Positions 8,948 through 17,039 of a stretch of 32,000 nucleotides of DNA are shown piece by piece. The stretch comes from Paracoccus suum (lineage in GTDB: Bacteria > Pseudomonadota > Alphaproteobacteria > Rhodobacterales > Rhodobacteraceae): the NCBI RefSeq assembly GCF_003324675.1, contig NZ_CP030918.1, positions 960,001-992,000 of the forward strand, read 5' to 3'. Within the stretch, counting starts at the first letter, position 1; every line of letters starts with the position of its first letter. Under the pieces are notes generated by a model. It saw nothing but the letters and a program-made list of their open reading frames with translations, was not told the origin of the DNA and made no database searches. The position numbers and the translations under genes are program-made.

Positions 8948-10414
8948 ATGACCAAGCATTCGACTGATCTGCGGACCCTTTTGCGCGACCCGTCGCTGCT
9001 GGAGACGCGGGCCTATATCGCCGGCGAGTGGGTTGAGGGGGCGAGCACGTTTCCGGTGATGAACCCGGCCCGCGGCGATGTCATTGCCGAGGTTGCGGAC
9101 ATGACCCGCGCCGATGCCGCGCGCGCCATCGCGGCGGCCGCCGAGGCGATGAAGGCCTGGTCGGCCCGCACCGCGAAAGAGCGCGCGCAGGTGCTGCGCA
9201 AGTGGTTCGACCTGATGATGGAAAACCAGGACGACCTGGGCAAGATCCTGACCGCCGAGCAGGGCAAGCCGCTGCCCGAGGCCAAGGGCGAGATCGCCTA
9301 TGGCGCCAGCTTCATCGAGTTCTTCGGCGAGGAAGCCAAGCGGGTCTATGGCGAGACGATCCCCGGCCACCAGCCGGACAAGCGCATCACCGTGCTGAAG
9401 CAGCCGATCGGTGTGGTCGCCAGCATCACGCCGTGGAACTTTCCGAACGCCATGATCACCCGCAAATGCGGCCCGGCCCTGGCCGTCGGCTGCGGCTTTG
9501 TCGCGCGCCCGGCGGCGGAGACCCCGCTGTCGGCGCTGGCACTGGCGGTGCTGGGCGAGCGGGCGGGCCTGCCCAAGGGCATCCTGTCGGTCGTCACCTC
9601 CAGCCGCTCGTCCGAGATCGGCAAGGAGTTCTGCGAGAACCCGCAGGTACGCAAGCTGACCTTCACCGGCTCGACCGAGGTCGGGCGCATCCTGCTGCGC
9701 CAGGCCGCCGACCAGGTCCTCAAATGCAGCATGGAACTGGGCGGCAACGCGCCCTTCATCGTCTTTGACGACGCCGACCTCGACAAGGCGGTGGAGGGCG
9801 CGATGGCCTCCAAGTTCCGCAACAACGGCCAGACCTGCGTCTGCGCCAACCGCATCTATGTGCAGTCGGGCGTCTATGACGACTTCGCGGGGCGCCTCGC
9901 CGCTGCGGTCGACAAGCTGCGGGTCGGCGACGGCCTCGAGGACGGGGTGACCACCGGCCCGCTGATCAACAAGGATGCGGTCGACAAGGTCGAGGAGCAT
10001 ATCCAGGACGTGCTGGACGGCGGCGGCAAGATCGTCACCGGCGGCAAGCGGGTCGACGGCCTCTTCTTCCAGCCGACGGTCGTGACCGGGGTCAAGGACA
10101 GCATGAAGGTCGCGACCGAAGAGACCTTCGGCCCGCTGGCGCCGCTGTTCCGGTTCGAGACCGAGGAAGAGGTGGTGGCCAAGGCCAATGATACGATCTT
10201 CGGGCTCGCCTCGTATTTTTACGCCCGCGACATGGCGCGCATCATCCGCGTGCAGGAGGGTCTGGAATACGGCATCGTCGGCGTGAACACGGGCATCATC
10301 TCGACCGAGGTGGCGCCGTTCGGCGGCGTCAAGCAGTCCGGCCTTGGCCGCGAGGGCAGCCATTACGGCATCGACGACTTCCTCGAGCTGAAATACGTCT
10401 GCCTGTCGATCTGA
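8948..10414 (+). CDS. gabD: NAD(P)+-dependent succinate-semialdehyde dehydrogenase
   Basis: Near-colinear similarity to what I recall of E. coli GabD: EQGKPLPEAKGEIAYGASFIEFF, ITPWNFPNAMITRK, ELGGNAPFIVFDDADLDKAVEGAMASKFRNNGQTCVCANR, EETFGPLAPLFRF. I prefer the ATG at 8948 (AAGGA upstream); GTG at 8918 is possible. Confidence 0.9.
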   Translation: MTKHSTDLRTLLRDPSLLETRAYIAGEWVEGASTFPVMNPARGDVIAEVADMTRADAARAIAAAAEAMKAWSARTAKERAQVLRKWFDLMMENQDDLGKILTAEQGKPLPEAKGEIAYGASFIEFFGEEAKRVYGETIPGHQPDKRITVLKQPIGVVASITPWNFPNAMITRKCGPALAVGCGFVARPAAETPLSALALAVLGERAGLPKGILSVVTSSRSSEIGKEFCENPQVRKLTFTGSTEVGRILLRQAADQVLKCSMELGGNAPFIVFDDADLDKAVEGAMASKFRNNGQTCVCANRIYVQSGVYDDFAGRLAAAVDKLRVGDGLEDGVTTGPLINKDAVDKVEEHIQDVLDGGGKIVTGGKRVDGLFFQPTVVTGVKDSMKVATEETFGPLAPLFRFETEEEVVAKANDTIFGLASYFYARDMARIIRVQEGLEYGIVGVNTGIISTEVAPFGGVKQSGLGREGSHYGIDDFLELKYVCLSI

Positions 10415-10420
10415 GGAGGG

Positions 10421-10448
10421 GGCCGGATCCCCCGCAGGGGGTCCGGCC
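10421..10448. terminator. GC-rich hairpin between convergent gabD and the WaaA-like gene; possible bidirectional terminator
   Basis: GGCCGGATCCCCC - GCA - GGGGGTCCGGCC forms 12 bp with one bulged T and a 3-nt loop. It fills most of the 39-bp convergent gap. There is no clear U-tract on either side, so termination function is uncertain. Confidence 0.45.
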
Positions 10449-10453
10449 ACCGG

Positions 10454-11701
10454 TCAGTTGATGACCGCCAGCACAGCGGCCGCGATGCGTTGCGCGACGG
10501 CGGCCCCGGCGGTGCTGACCGCCCAGGCCCGCGCGGCATAATCGGCGGCGCGGTCGGGCTGCAGCAGATCGTCCAGCGCCATGCCCAGTTGCTCGGGCCG
10601 CGGCACCTCGCGCACCGCACGGGCCGCGCGCAGATCAGCCCAGGCCTCAACCGACCGAACCGTATGTGGACCATGCAGGATGGCCGACCCTAATGCTGCC
10701 GCCTCCAGCGGATCGCGGGTGGCTGCATTATGGCCGCTGAGGGTGCCGCCCAGATAGCTGACCGCGGCCAGGCGATACCATAGCCCGAACTCGGCCGGAT
10801 CATCGGCGAGCAGGACCTGCAGGTCCGTCGGTGGCTCTTCGATCTGGCTGCGGATGGCGCAGGTCAGCCCGCCCGAATCGATGATCTCGACAAGGGCAGT
10901 GCAGCGCGCGGGATCGGCGGGGGCGAGGATCAGCAGGGTCCGGTGCATCAGCCCGACCGCGGCGCGATGGGCATTAAGGACAGCTGTTTCCTCCGCCTCC
11001 GGCACGGTCACCGCGAACCACGAATGGCGTCCAGTCAGCGAGGCCGCCAAGGCGGAACGCTCGGCCTCGGTGTAGCCGGGCGGGCGGCGCGTCTCGACCA
11101 GCGGGCCGATCAGCATCACGTCGGACGGCGCCGCGCCGAGGCGGATCGCGGTGTCGCGCGCCTCAGGCGAGGCGACGACGACCGAGTTCGCCAGCGACAG
11201 TCCGCCATGCGCGCGGCCGCGCTGCCAGGGCCAGTGGCGGGCCTCGGAATGCGGCAGGCGCGGCTCTGCCAGCACGACCGGCACGCCGAGGCGCTCAGCC
11301 TCGATCAGCAGGCCGTCGGACAGATCGCTGCCGAGGGACAGGACCGCCGCCGGCTCGGCATGTTCCATGAACGCCCGCAGCGCCTCGGGCGCGGGGCCGG
11401 GGTCGGGCCGGGTGCGCCCTTGGGCGCCGGGCAGCAGCGGCGGCAACTGGGTGGCAGGATCGGCGGCAATCGCATCGGGATGGGTCAGCAGGACCCGCAG
11501 GCCGGGCCGGGCCGCGATAAGCGCCGCCGCGAGTTGCGCCGGCGCGCCGCCCTCGGCTGGCCAGCTGCGATCGAGGCGCAGCCAGACCAAGGGGCCCGCG
11601 CCGCGTGGCAGCGGCGGCAGCGGCCGGTGACCCATCTCGTGTGCCCGGCCGGTTAGCCGATCCCACAGCCGCGGCGGCTGTCCGGTCCGGCCTGCGGTCA
11701 C
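10454..11701 (-). CDS. Divergent WaaA/KdtA-family (Kdo transferase-like) glycosyltransferase
   Basis: The C-terminal half follows the WaaA pattern: LLILAPADPAR...GL..AIRSQ...YLGGTLSGHNAATRDPLEAAALGSAILHGPH. The N-terminal RLWDRLTG...GPLVWLRL corresponds to the WaaA RWGERYG...GxIWxH region. I chose the GTG at 11701, 1 nt after the DUF4170 stop, because RLWDRLTGR lies upstream of the first ATG (11635). The 11884 start in the ORF track overlaps DUF4170. Confidence 0.55.
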   Translation of the reverse strand: MTAGRTGQPPRLWDRLTGRAHEMGHRPLPPLPRGAGPLVWLRLDRSWPAEGGAPAQLAAALIAARPGLRVLLTHPDAIAADPATQLPPLLPGAQGRTRPDPGPAPEALRAFMEHAEPAAVLSLGSDLSDGLLIEAERLGVPVVLAEPRLPHSEARHWPWQRGRAHGGLSLANSVVVASPEARDTAIRLGAAPSDVMLIGPLVETRRPPGYTEAERSALAASLTGRHSWFAVTVPEAEETAVLNAHRAAVGLMHRTLLILAPADPARCTALVEIIDSGGLTCAIRSQIEEPPTDLQVLLADDPAEFGLWYRLAAVSYLGGTLSGHNAATRDPLEAAALGSAILHGPHTVRSVEAWADLRAARAVREVPRPEQLGMALDDLLQPDRAADYAARAWAVSTAGAAVAQRIAAAVLAVIN

Positions 11702-11702
11702 G

Positions 11703-11948
11703 TCAGGCGCCAAGCTCGCCCGTCGGGCTGGCCTCGCGGTTCTCTTCGCGCAGGCGGTGCAGGTGGGCGATGAAGTACCGCGTCTGGGCGCTGTCGACCG
11801 TCCGCTGCGCCTCGGCTTTCCAGGCAGAATAGGCCGAGGCGTAGTCCGGGAACACGCCCACCATGTGGATGCTGGCCGGGTCACGAAACTCGTTCGAATC
11901 GGTCGAGACCAACTCGCCGCCGAAAACGAAATGCAGGCGTTGGGTCAT
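11703..11948 (-). CDS. DUF4170 domain-containing protein
   Basis: 81 aa. MTQRLHFVFGGELVSTDSNEFRDPASIHMVGVFPDYASAYSAWKAEAQRTVDSAQTRYFIAHLHRL matches my recollection of the DUF4170 family consensus. These genes commonly sit just upstream of Kdo-transferase-like genes in alphaproteobacteria. Confidence 0.7.
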   Translation of the reverse strand: MTQRLHFVFGGELVSTDSNEFRDPASIHMVGVFPDYASAYSAWKAEAQRTVDSAQTRYFIAHLHRLREENREASPTGELGA

Positions 11949-12260
11949 GATCCCCTCCGATGGTGCTGCGCGAGCGCAGGATTAGCGGCGCTGGCGGGCG
12001 AACCCAAGCGACATGTGGAAAAAGCATGGCAGTTTCCCCACCGGGGGGCGCGGTTCTGTGCAATATTGTGCGCGCTGCCTTGGTGGGTCGCAGGACGGGG
12101 CGCGGTTGGCAGACTGCGCCCCCGACGCGCCGGGGCGTCCGTCGCCTGGGGCGCCTATGGCCCCGGATCGCCAGGCCGCGCCAGCCGGATCACCGCGTTG
12201 CGATTGCCCCGCGTTCCGCCACGCGTTAGTCAACCGACAGCGAGCGCGGGGAAATCAGCC

Positions 12261-14072
12261 ATGACCGACAACAGGACGCCGGACGACAAAGCAGCAAACG
12301 AGGCCGCGGCGGCCGAGGTCAACGCCCTTGATCCGGACAGCGCGGCCGAGATCGCAGCGGCTCTGGCCGACGGCATCGCGGCCGGCGAGGGCACCTCGCT
12401 CGCGTCGGCCGAACTACCGGATGTCGAGCGCGAGTCCATGGATTACGACGTGGTCATCGTCGGCGCGGGACCGGCGGGCCTGTCAGCGGCGATCCGGCTG
12501 AAGCAGATCAACCCCGATCTGCAGGTCGTGGTGCTGGAAAAGGGCTCCGAGGTCGGCGCTCATATCCTCTCGGGCGCGGTGATCGACCCGGTCGGGCTGG
12601 ACCGGCTTCTGCCGGACTGGCGCGAGGACAAGGATGCGCCGATCAAGGTTCCGGTCACGCAAGACAATTTCCTCGTGCTGGGACCGGCGGGTCATGTCCG
12701 CATCCCCAACTGGCCGATGCCGCGACTGATGTCGAACCACGGCAACTACATCGTCAGCATGGGCAATGTCTGCCGCTGGCTGGCGACCAAGGCCGAAGAA
12801 CTGGGGGTCGAAATCTTCCCGGGGATGGCCTGCAGCCAGATCGTCTGGGACGGTCAGCGTGTGGCCGGCGTCGTCGCCGGCGAGATGGGCAAGAACCCGG
12901 ACGGCACCCCAGGCCCCAACTACGAGCCGGGGATGGAGCTGCGCGGCAAGTATGTCTTCATCGCCGAGGGCGTGCGCGGCAGCCTCGCCAAGCAGATCAT
13001 GGAACGGTTCGACTTGTCCGCCGGTCACGAGCCGCAGAAGTTCGGCATCGGCATGAAGGAAATCTGGGAGATCGACCCCGCGAAGCACAGCGAGGGGACC
13101 GTTACCCACACGATGGGCTGGCCGCTAGGCAAGAACGCCGGCGGCGGCAGCTTTATCTATCATGCCGAAAACAATCAAATATTCCTCGGTTTCGTGGTCC
13201 ATCTGAACTACGCCAATCCCTATCTGTCGCCCTATCAGGAATTCCAGCGCTTCAAGCATCACCCCGAGATCGCCGCGCTCTTGGAGGGCGGCAAGCGCGT
13301 CGCCTATGGCGCGCGCGCGATCAGCGAGGGCGGCTACCAGTCGATCCCGAAACTTACTTTCCCGGGGGGCGTGCTGCTGGGCTGCTCGGCCGGGCTGGTG
13401 AACGTGCCGCGCATCAAGGGCAACCACAACGCCATGTTGTCGGGCATTCATGCCGCCGAGGCTGCGGCCGCGGCGATCACGGAGGGGCGCGAGGGGGACG
13501 AACTGAGCCCCTATGAGCAGGAACTGCGCGATGGTCCCATCGGCCGCGACCTCAAGCGGGTGCGCAACGTCAAGCCAAGCTGGTCGCGCACCGGCATGGT
13601 CGGCAGCCTCGCGCTGGGCGGCCTGGACATGTGGGCCGCGACCCTCCTGCGTCGCAACCTGCTGGGCACCTGGAAGCACGGCAAGACCGACGCCGCCGCC
13701 ACCGGCAAGGCGGACAAGTTCAAGCCGATCGAATACCCCAAGCCCGATGGCAAGCTGAGCTTTGACCGCCTGACCAACGTCGCCTTCAGCTTTACCAACC
13801 ACGAGGAAAGCCAGCCCTCGCACCTGAAGCTGAAGGACCCGACCGTGCCAATCCGGGTGAACCTGCCCGAGTTCGCCGAGCCGGCGCAGCGCTATTGCCC
13901 GGCGGCGGTCTATGAGGTGGTCGAGGACGCGAGCGTGCCCGAGGGCGCGCGGTTCGTGATCAACTTCCAGAACTGCGTGCACTGCAAGACCTGCGACATC
14001 AAGGACCCCAGCCAAAACATCGTCTGGACCACGCCCCAAGGGGGCGATGGTCCGAATTATCCGAACATGTAA
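12261..14072 (+). CDS. Electron-transfer flavoprotein:ubiquinone oxidoreductase (ETF-QO)
   Basis: ERESMDYDVVIVGAGPAGLSAAIRLKQ is an FAD GxGxxG motif. FPGGVLLGCSAGLVNVPRIKGNHNAMLSG is present, as is the C-terminal 4Fe-4S segment FQNCVHCKTCDIKDPSQNIVWTTPQGGDGPNYPNM. The ATG at 12261 is the only in-frame ATG upstream of the conserved ERESM. This leaves an Ala-rich N-terminal extension of about 55 aa. The 11757 start in the ORF track is read-through of intergenic DNA. Confidence 0.88.
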   Translation: MTDNRTPDDKAANEAAAAEVNALDPDSAAEIAAALADGIAAGEGTSLASAELPDVERESMDYDVVIVGAGPAGLSAAIRLKQINPDLQVVVLEKGSEVGAHILSGAVIDPVGLDRLLPDWREDKDAPIKVPVTQDNFLVLGPAGHVRIPNWPMPRLMSNHGNYIVSMGNVCRWLATKAEELGVEIFPGMACSQIVWDGQRVAGVVAGEMGKNPDGTPGPNYEPGMELRGKYVFIAEGVRGSLAKQIMERFDLSAGHEPQKFGIGMKEIWEIDPAKHSEGTVTHTMGWPLGKNAGGGSFIYHAENNQIFLGFVVHLNYANPYLSPYQEFQRFKHHPEIAALLEGGKRVAYGARAISEGGYQSIPKLTFPGGVLLGCSAGLVNVPRIKGNHNAMLSGIHAAEAAAAAITEGREGDELSPYEQELRDGPIGRDLKRVRNVKPSWSRTGMVGSLALGGLDMWAATLLRRNLLGTWKHGKTDAAATGKADKFKPIEYPKPDGKLSFDRLTNVAFSFTNHEESQPSHLKLKDPTVPIRVNLPEFAEPAQRYCPAAVYEVVEDASVPEGARFVINFQNCVHCKTCDIKDPSQNIVWTTPQGGDGPNYPNM

Positions 14073-14168
14073 AGGCTCGCGCGAAGTTGTGAGAAAGCGC
14101 CATTGCAGGGCTGCCGAGCGGCCGGGTAGGTTGCCACGCCACGACATCCGCACGCCGGAGGACCAGGT

Positions 14169-16193
14169 TTGAGCCGGATTTTGCCGCTGGCGCTGATTGC
14201 GCTGACCACCTTGGGACCCGCCGCGGCGCTCGCGCAGGCGGCTCCGCCCTCCGCGGGGCCGGCTGCCGCGCCGGAGTCTGCGCCTGAAGCGGCCCCGGCC
14301 GCCGCCCCGGAAACTGCGCCCGCAGCCGACCCGAATCTTGATGCCGATCCGGGTGATATGGAAAACCCCGCCGACGAGGGCGGCGATCAGGGGGGCGGCG
14401 CCGGGGCAGTCGACGGCAATGGCGCCGACCCGCTGGCGGACGCCGCGGCCGCAGAGGCCGCGCCGGTCCACGGCCCGATTACGCATGACCTGGCCGGCCC
14501 CTATCTCGCGGCGCGGCAAGCTGCCGACGGCAATGATTTTGCCGCTGCCGCCGCCTATTTCATGCGCGCGCTGGCTCAGGATCCGCACGAGCCGTTCCTG
14601 ATCGACAGCGCGCTGGTCTCGCTGATCTCGGCCGGGCAGGTCGACCGCGCGGTGGCGCTGGCCCGCGATCTGGAAGGGCGGGGCGACGCGACCGAATTGA
14701 CGAATGTCACCCTGCGCGCCGCGCTGGCCAAGGCTGGCGACTGGGAGGGCTTGCTTAAGCTGCTGCGCGCCTCGCCGAAGCCGGAACGGGGCGAGTCCGC
14801 GCCGGGCGGCGATCTGCTGGACGGGATGCTGACGGCTTGGGCCGAACTCGGCGCCGGCCGCGCCTCGGAATCGATCAAGCAACTGGAAAAACTCGCCCGC
14901 CTGCGGGGCGCCAAGGCGATGATCGACTACAACCTTGCGCTGGTGAAAGCCTCGGTCGGGGATTTCGAGGGTGCCGAAAAGCTGATGGCCAGCGACGGCG
15001 GCGCTGGGCACTTGCTGGGAACGATCGCCCATGCCGAGGTGCTGGCGCAACTCGACCGCCGCGACGAGGCCCTGTCCCTGTTAAAAGATCAGGGCGGCGA
15101 TGGCGCGGAGCCGGCAATCCTGGATCTGTCCGCCCGCCTTGCGTCCGGTTCGCCCGTGCCCTTTACGGCGCTGCAAGGTCCGCTCGACGGCGTGGCCCAG
15201 ACCTTCCTGACCTTCGCGACCGCCCTCGCCTCGGGCGAAGAGCCGGACCCGCTCGCACTGGTGCAGGCGCGCCTTGCGGCATGGCTGCGGCCCGAGCTGG
15301 GCGAGGCCCGGCTGGTTACGGCGCAACTGCTGCAGCAGGCCGGGCAGTATGACCTGGCCGAGCCGGAATACGATGCCCTGCGCCGCCTTGGCGAGGTTCG
15401 CCCGGTGGCTGAGCTGGCTCGGGTCGATGCGCTGGCCCGGGCCGACCGCCTGGACGACGCGGAAAAGGCCGCAACGGTGCTGACCGCCGCCCATCCCGAA
15501 CTGGCCTCGGCCTGGGTTGCGTTGGGCGACATCCTTCGCCAACGCGAGAAATACGCCCAGGCAGTGCCCGCCTACACCAAGGCGCTTGGGCTGATCGAGA
15601 AGACCAATTCCGAGGGTCGCTGGTTCCCGCTATATGCCCGCGGCATTGCCTATGAACGCTCGGGCGATTTCGCCGCCGCCGAGGCCGACATGCGCGCGGC
15701 GCTGAAGATCCGCCCCGAGCAGGCGCAAATCCTGAATTACCTCGGCTACAGCTTCATCGACCGCGGCCACGACCTTGATGAGGCGCTGGGCATGATCGAA
15801 AAGGCGGCCAAGCTGCGCCCCGATGACGGTTATATCCAGGACAGCCTCGGCTGGGGCCTCTATCGCCTTGGTCGGTATGCCGAGGCGGTGACGCCGATGG
15901 AGCGTGCGGCCACGCAGATGTCCAACGACCCATTGGTCAATGATCATCTGGGCGATGTCTACTGGATGGTCGGCCGCACCCGCGAGGCCGAAATCCAGTG
16001 GTCGCGCGCGCTGAACCTGCTGAAGATGGACCCCCCTGCCGATACCGCGAGCGAGGTCGATGCCGGCCGGCTGCGGGCCAAGCTGGACCGCGGCCTCGAC
16101 GCGGTGCTGAGCGAGGAAAAGGCTGGCGGCAAGCCCAAGGCGCCGGGCAATCCCGCGCCGGTCCCGGCCAAGGCGCAGCAATCGGGCGGCTGA
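14169..16193 (+). CDS. Exported tetratricopeptide-repeat (TPR) protein
   Basis: TTG start at 14169 with GGAGGA 6 nt upstream. It has a signal peptide (MSRILPLALIALTTLGPAAALAQA), an Ala/Pro/Glu low-complexity linker, then repeated TPR-like helices (e.g. AEADMRAALKIRPEQAQILNYLGYSFIDRGHDLDEALGMIEKAAKLRPDDGYIQDSLGWGLYRLGRYAEAV). The stop is 3 nt before ispE. Confidence 0.8.
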   Translation: MSRILPLALIALTTLGPAAALAQAAPPSAGPAAAPESAPEAAPAAAPETAPAADPNLDADPGDMENPADEGGDQGGGAGAVDGNGADPLADAAAAEAAPVHGPITHDLAGPYLAARQAADGNDFAAAAAYFMRALAQDPHEPFLIDSALVSLISAGQVDRAVALARDLEGRGDATELTNVTLRAALAKAGDWEGLLKLLRASPKPERGESAPGGDLLDGMLTAWAELGAGRASESIKQLEKLARLRGAKAMIDYNLALVKASVGDFEGAEKLMASDGGAGHLLGTIAHAEVLAQLDRRDEALSLLKDQGGDGAEPAILDLSARLASGSPVPFTALQGPLDGVAQTFLTFATALASGEEPDPLALVQARLAAWLRPELGEARLVTAQLLQQAGQYDLAEPEYDALRRLGEVRPVAELARVDALARADRLDDAEKAATVLTAAHPELASAWVALGDILRQREKYAQAVPAYTKALGLIEKTNSEGRWFPLYARGIAYERSGDFAAAEADMRAALKIRPEQAQILNYLGYSFIDRGHDLDEALGMIEKAAKLRPDDGYIQDSLGWGLYRLGRYAEAVTPMERAATQMSNDPLVNDHLGDVYWMVGRTREAEIQWSRALNLLKMDPPADTASEVDAGRLRAKLDRGLDAVLSEEKAGGKPKAPGNPAPVPAKAQQSGG

Positions 16194-16196
16194 GGC

Positions 16197-17039
16197 GTGA
16201 TCGTCGAGGCCGCGCCGGCCAAGATCAATCTGGCGCTGCACGTTATCGGCCGCCGCGCCGACGGCTATCACCTGCTTGATTCTCTGGTCGCCTTTGCCGA
16301 AGCGGGTGATGTGATCACGCTGTCGGATGGGACGGGCTTCGCTGTCTGCGGCCCGTTTGCGGACGACGTGCCGACCGGCGGCGACAACCTGTGCCTGCGC
16401 GCGCTACGCCTCGCCGGCGCCGAGGCGCGGGTGCAACTGGACAAGCGCCTGCCGGTTGCGGCCGGGATCGGCGGTGGCTCGTCCGATGCCGCGGCAGTGC
16501 TGCGCGCCGCGCGGCGCATGGGGCAGCCGGTGCCGCCCGACCTCGCTGCCCTCGGTGCGGACCTGCCGGTCTGCATGGCGGCGCCCGGACCCGCGAGGAT
16601 GCGAGGCATCGGCGAGCAGGTGACGCCGCTGGCCGGCCTTCCCGCGCTGCATCTGGTCCTGGTCAATCCGCGACAGCCGCTGGCAACGCCGGCGGTCTTC
16701 GCCGCATTGAAATCGCGCGAAAACGCGCCCCTGCCGCCGCTTCCCCTGGCCCCGGACGCAGGTGGGCTAACGGAGTGGCTGGCCGGCTGCCGCAACGACC
16801 TGCAGGCCCCCGCGATCAGCCTTGCACCGGTCATTGCCGAAGTGCTGGCGGCGCTGGAGGCCCAAGGCGCCAGGCTGGCCCGGATGTCGGGGTCCGGCGC
16901 GACCTGCTTCGGCCTCTTTCCTACCGCCAAGGCAGCGGACGCTGCCGCGCAGGCGCTGAGCGTGCGAGACTGGTGGGCACTCGCCACCCGCACCCACCCC
17001 AGCCCTGCTCAGCGCGAGGGGCGGCGGGTCCAGCCGTAA
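16197..17039 (+). CDS. ispE: 4-(cytidine 5'-diphospho)-2-C-methyl-D-erythritol kinase
   Basis: GTG start. MIVEAAPAKINLALHVIGRRADGYHLLDSLVAF is present, plus the GHMP kinase motif PVAAGIGGGSSDAAA and, later, MSGSGATCFGLF. Confidence 0.88.
   Translation: MIVEAAPAKINLALHVIGRRADGYHLLDSLVAFAEAGDVITLSDGTGFAVCGPFADDVPTGGDNLCLRALRLAGAEARVQLDKRLPVAAGIGGGSSDAAAVLRAARRMGQPVPPDLAALGADLPVCMAAPGPARMRGIGEQVTPLAGLPALHLVLVNPRQPLATPAVFAALKSRENAPLPPLPLAPDAGGLTEWLAGCRNDLQAPAISLAPVIAEVLAALEAQGARLARMSGSGATCFGLFPTAKAADAAAQALSVRDWWALATRTHPSPAQREGRRVQP

Noticed and set aside
8927-10450. 507-aa minus-strand ORF
   Set aside because: It is a mirror image of gabD, which is near-colinear with E. coli GabD. It is an antisense artefact.
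10454-11884. ORF-track starts at 11884 (WaaA-like) and 11757 (ETF-QO, 771 aa) giving much longer proteins
   Set aside because: The 11884 extension overlaps the well-supported DUF4170 gene in another frame. The 11757 extension reads through the divergent intergenic region and through DUF4170 antisense. Both extensions are Arg/Pro-rich and not family-like.
13125-15050. 641-aa minus-strand ORF
   Set aside because: It is antisense to the ETF-QO 3' half and the TPR gene 5' half. The composition is Arg/Gly/Ala-rich low complexity with no motifs. It crosses a real intergenic region, which a true gene would be unlikely to do while being antisense to two well-supported genes.
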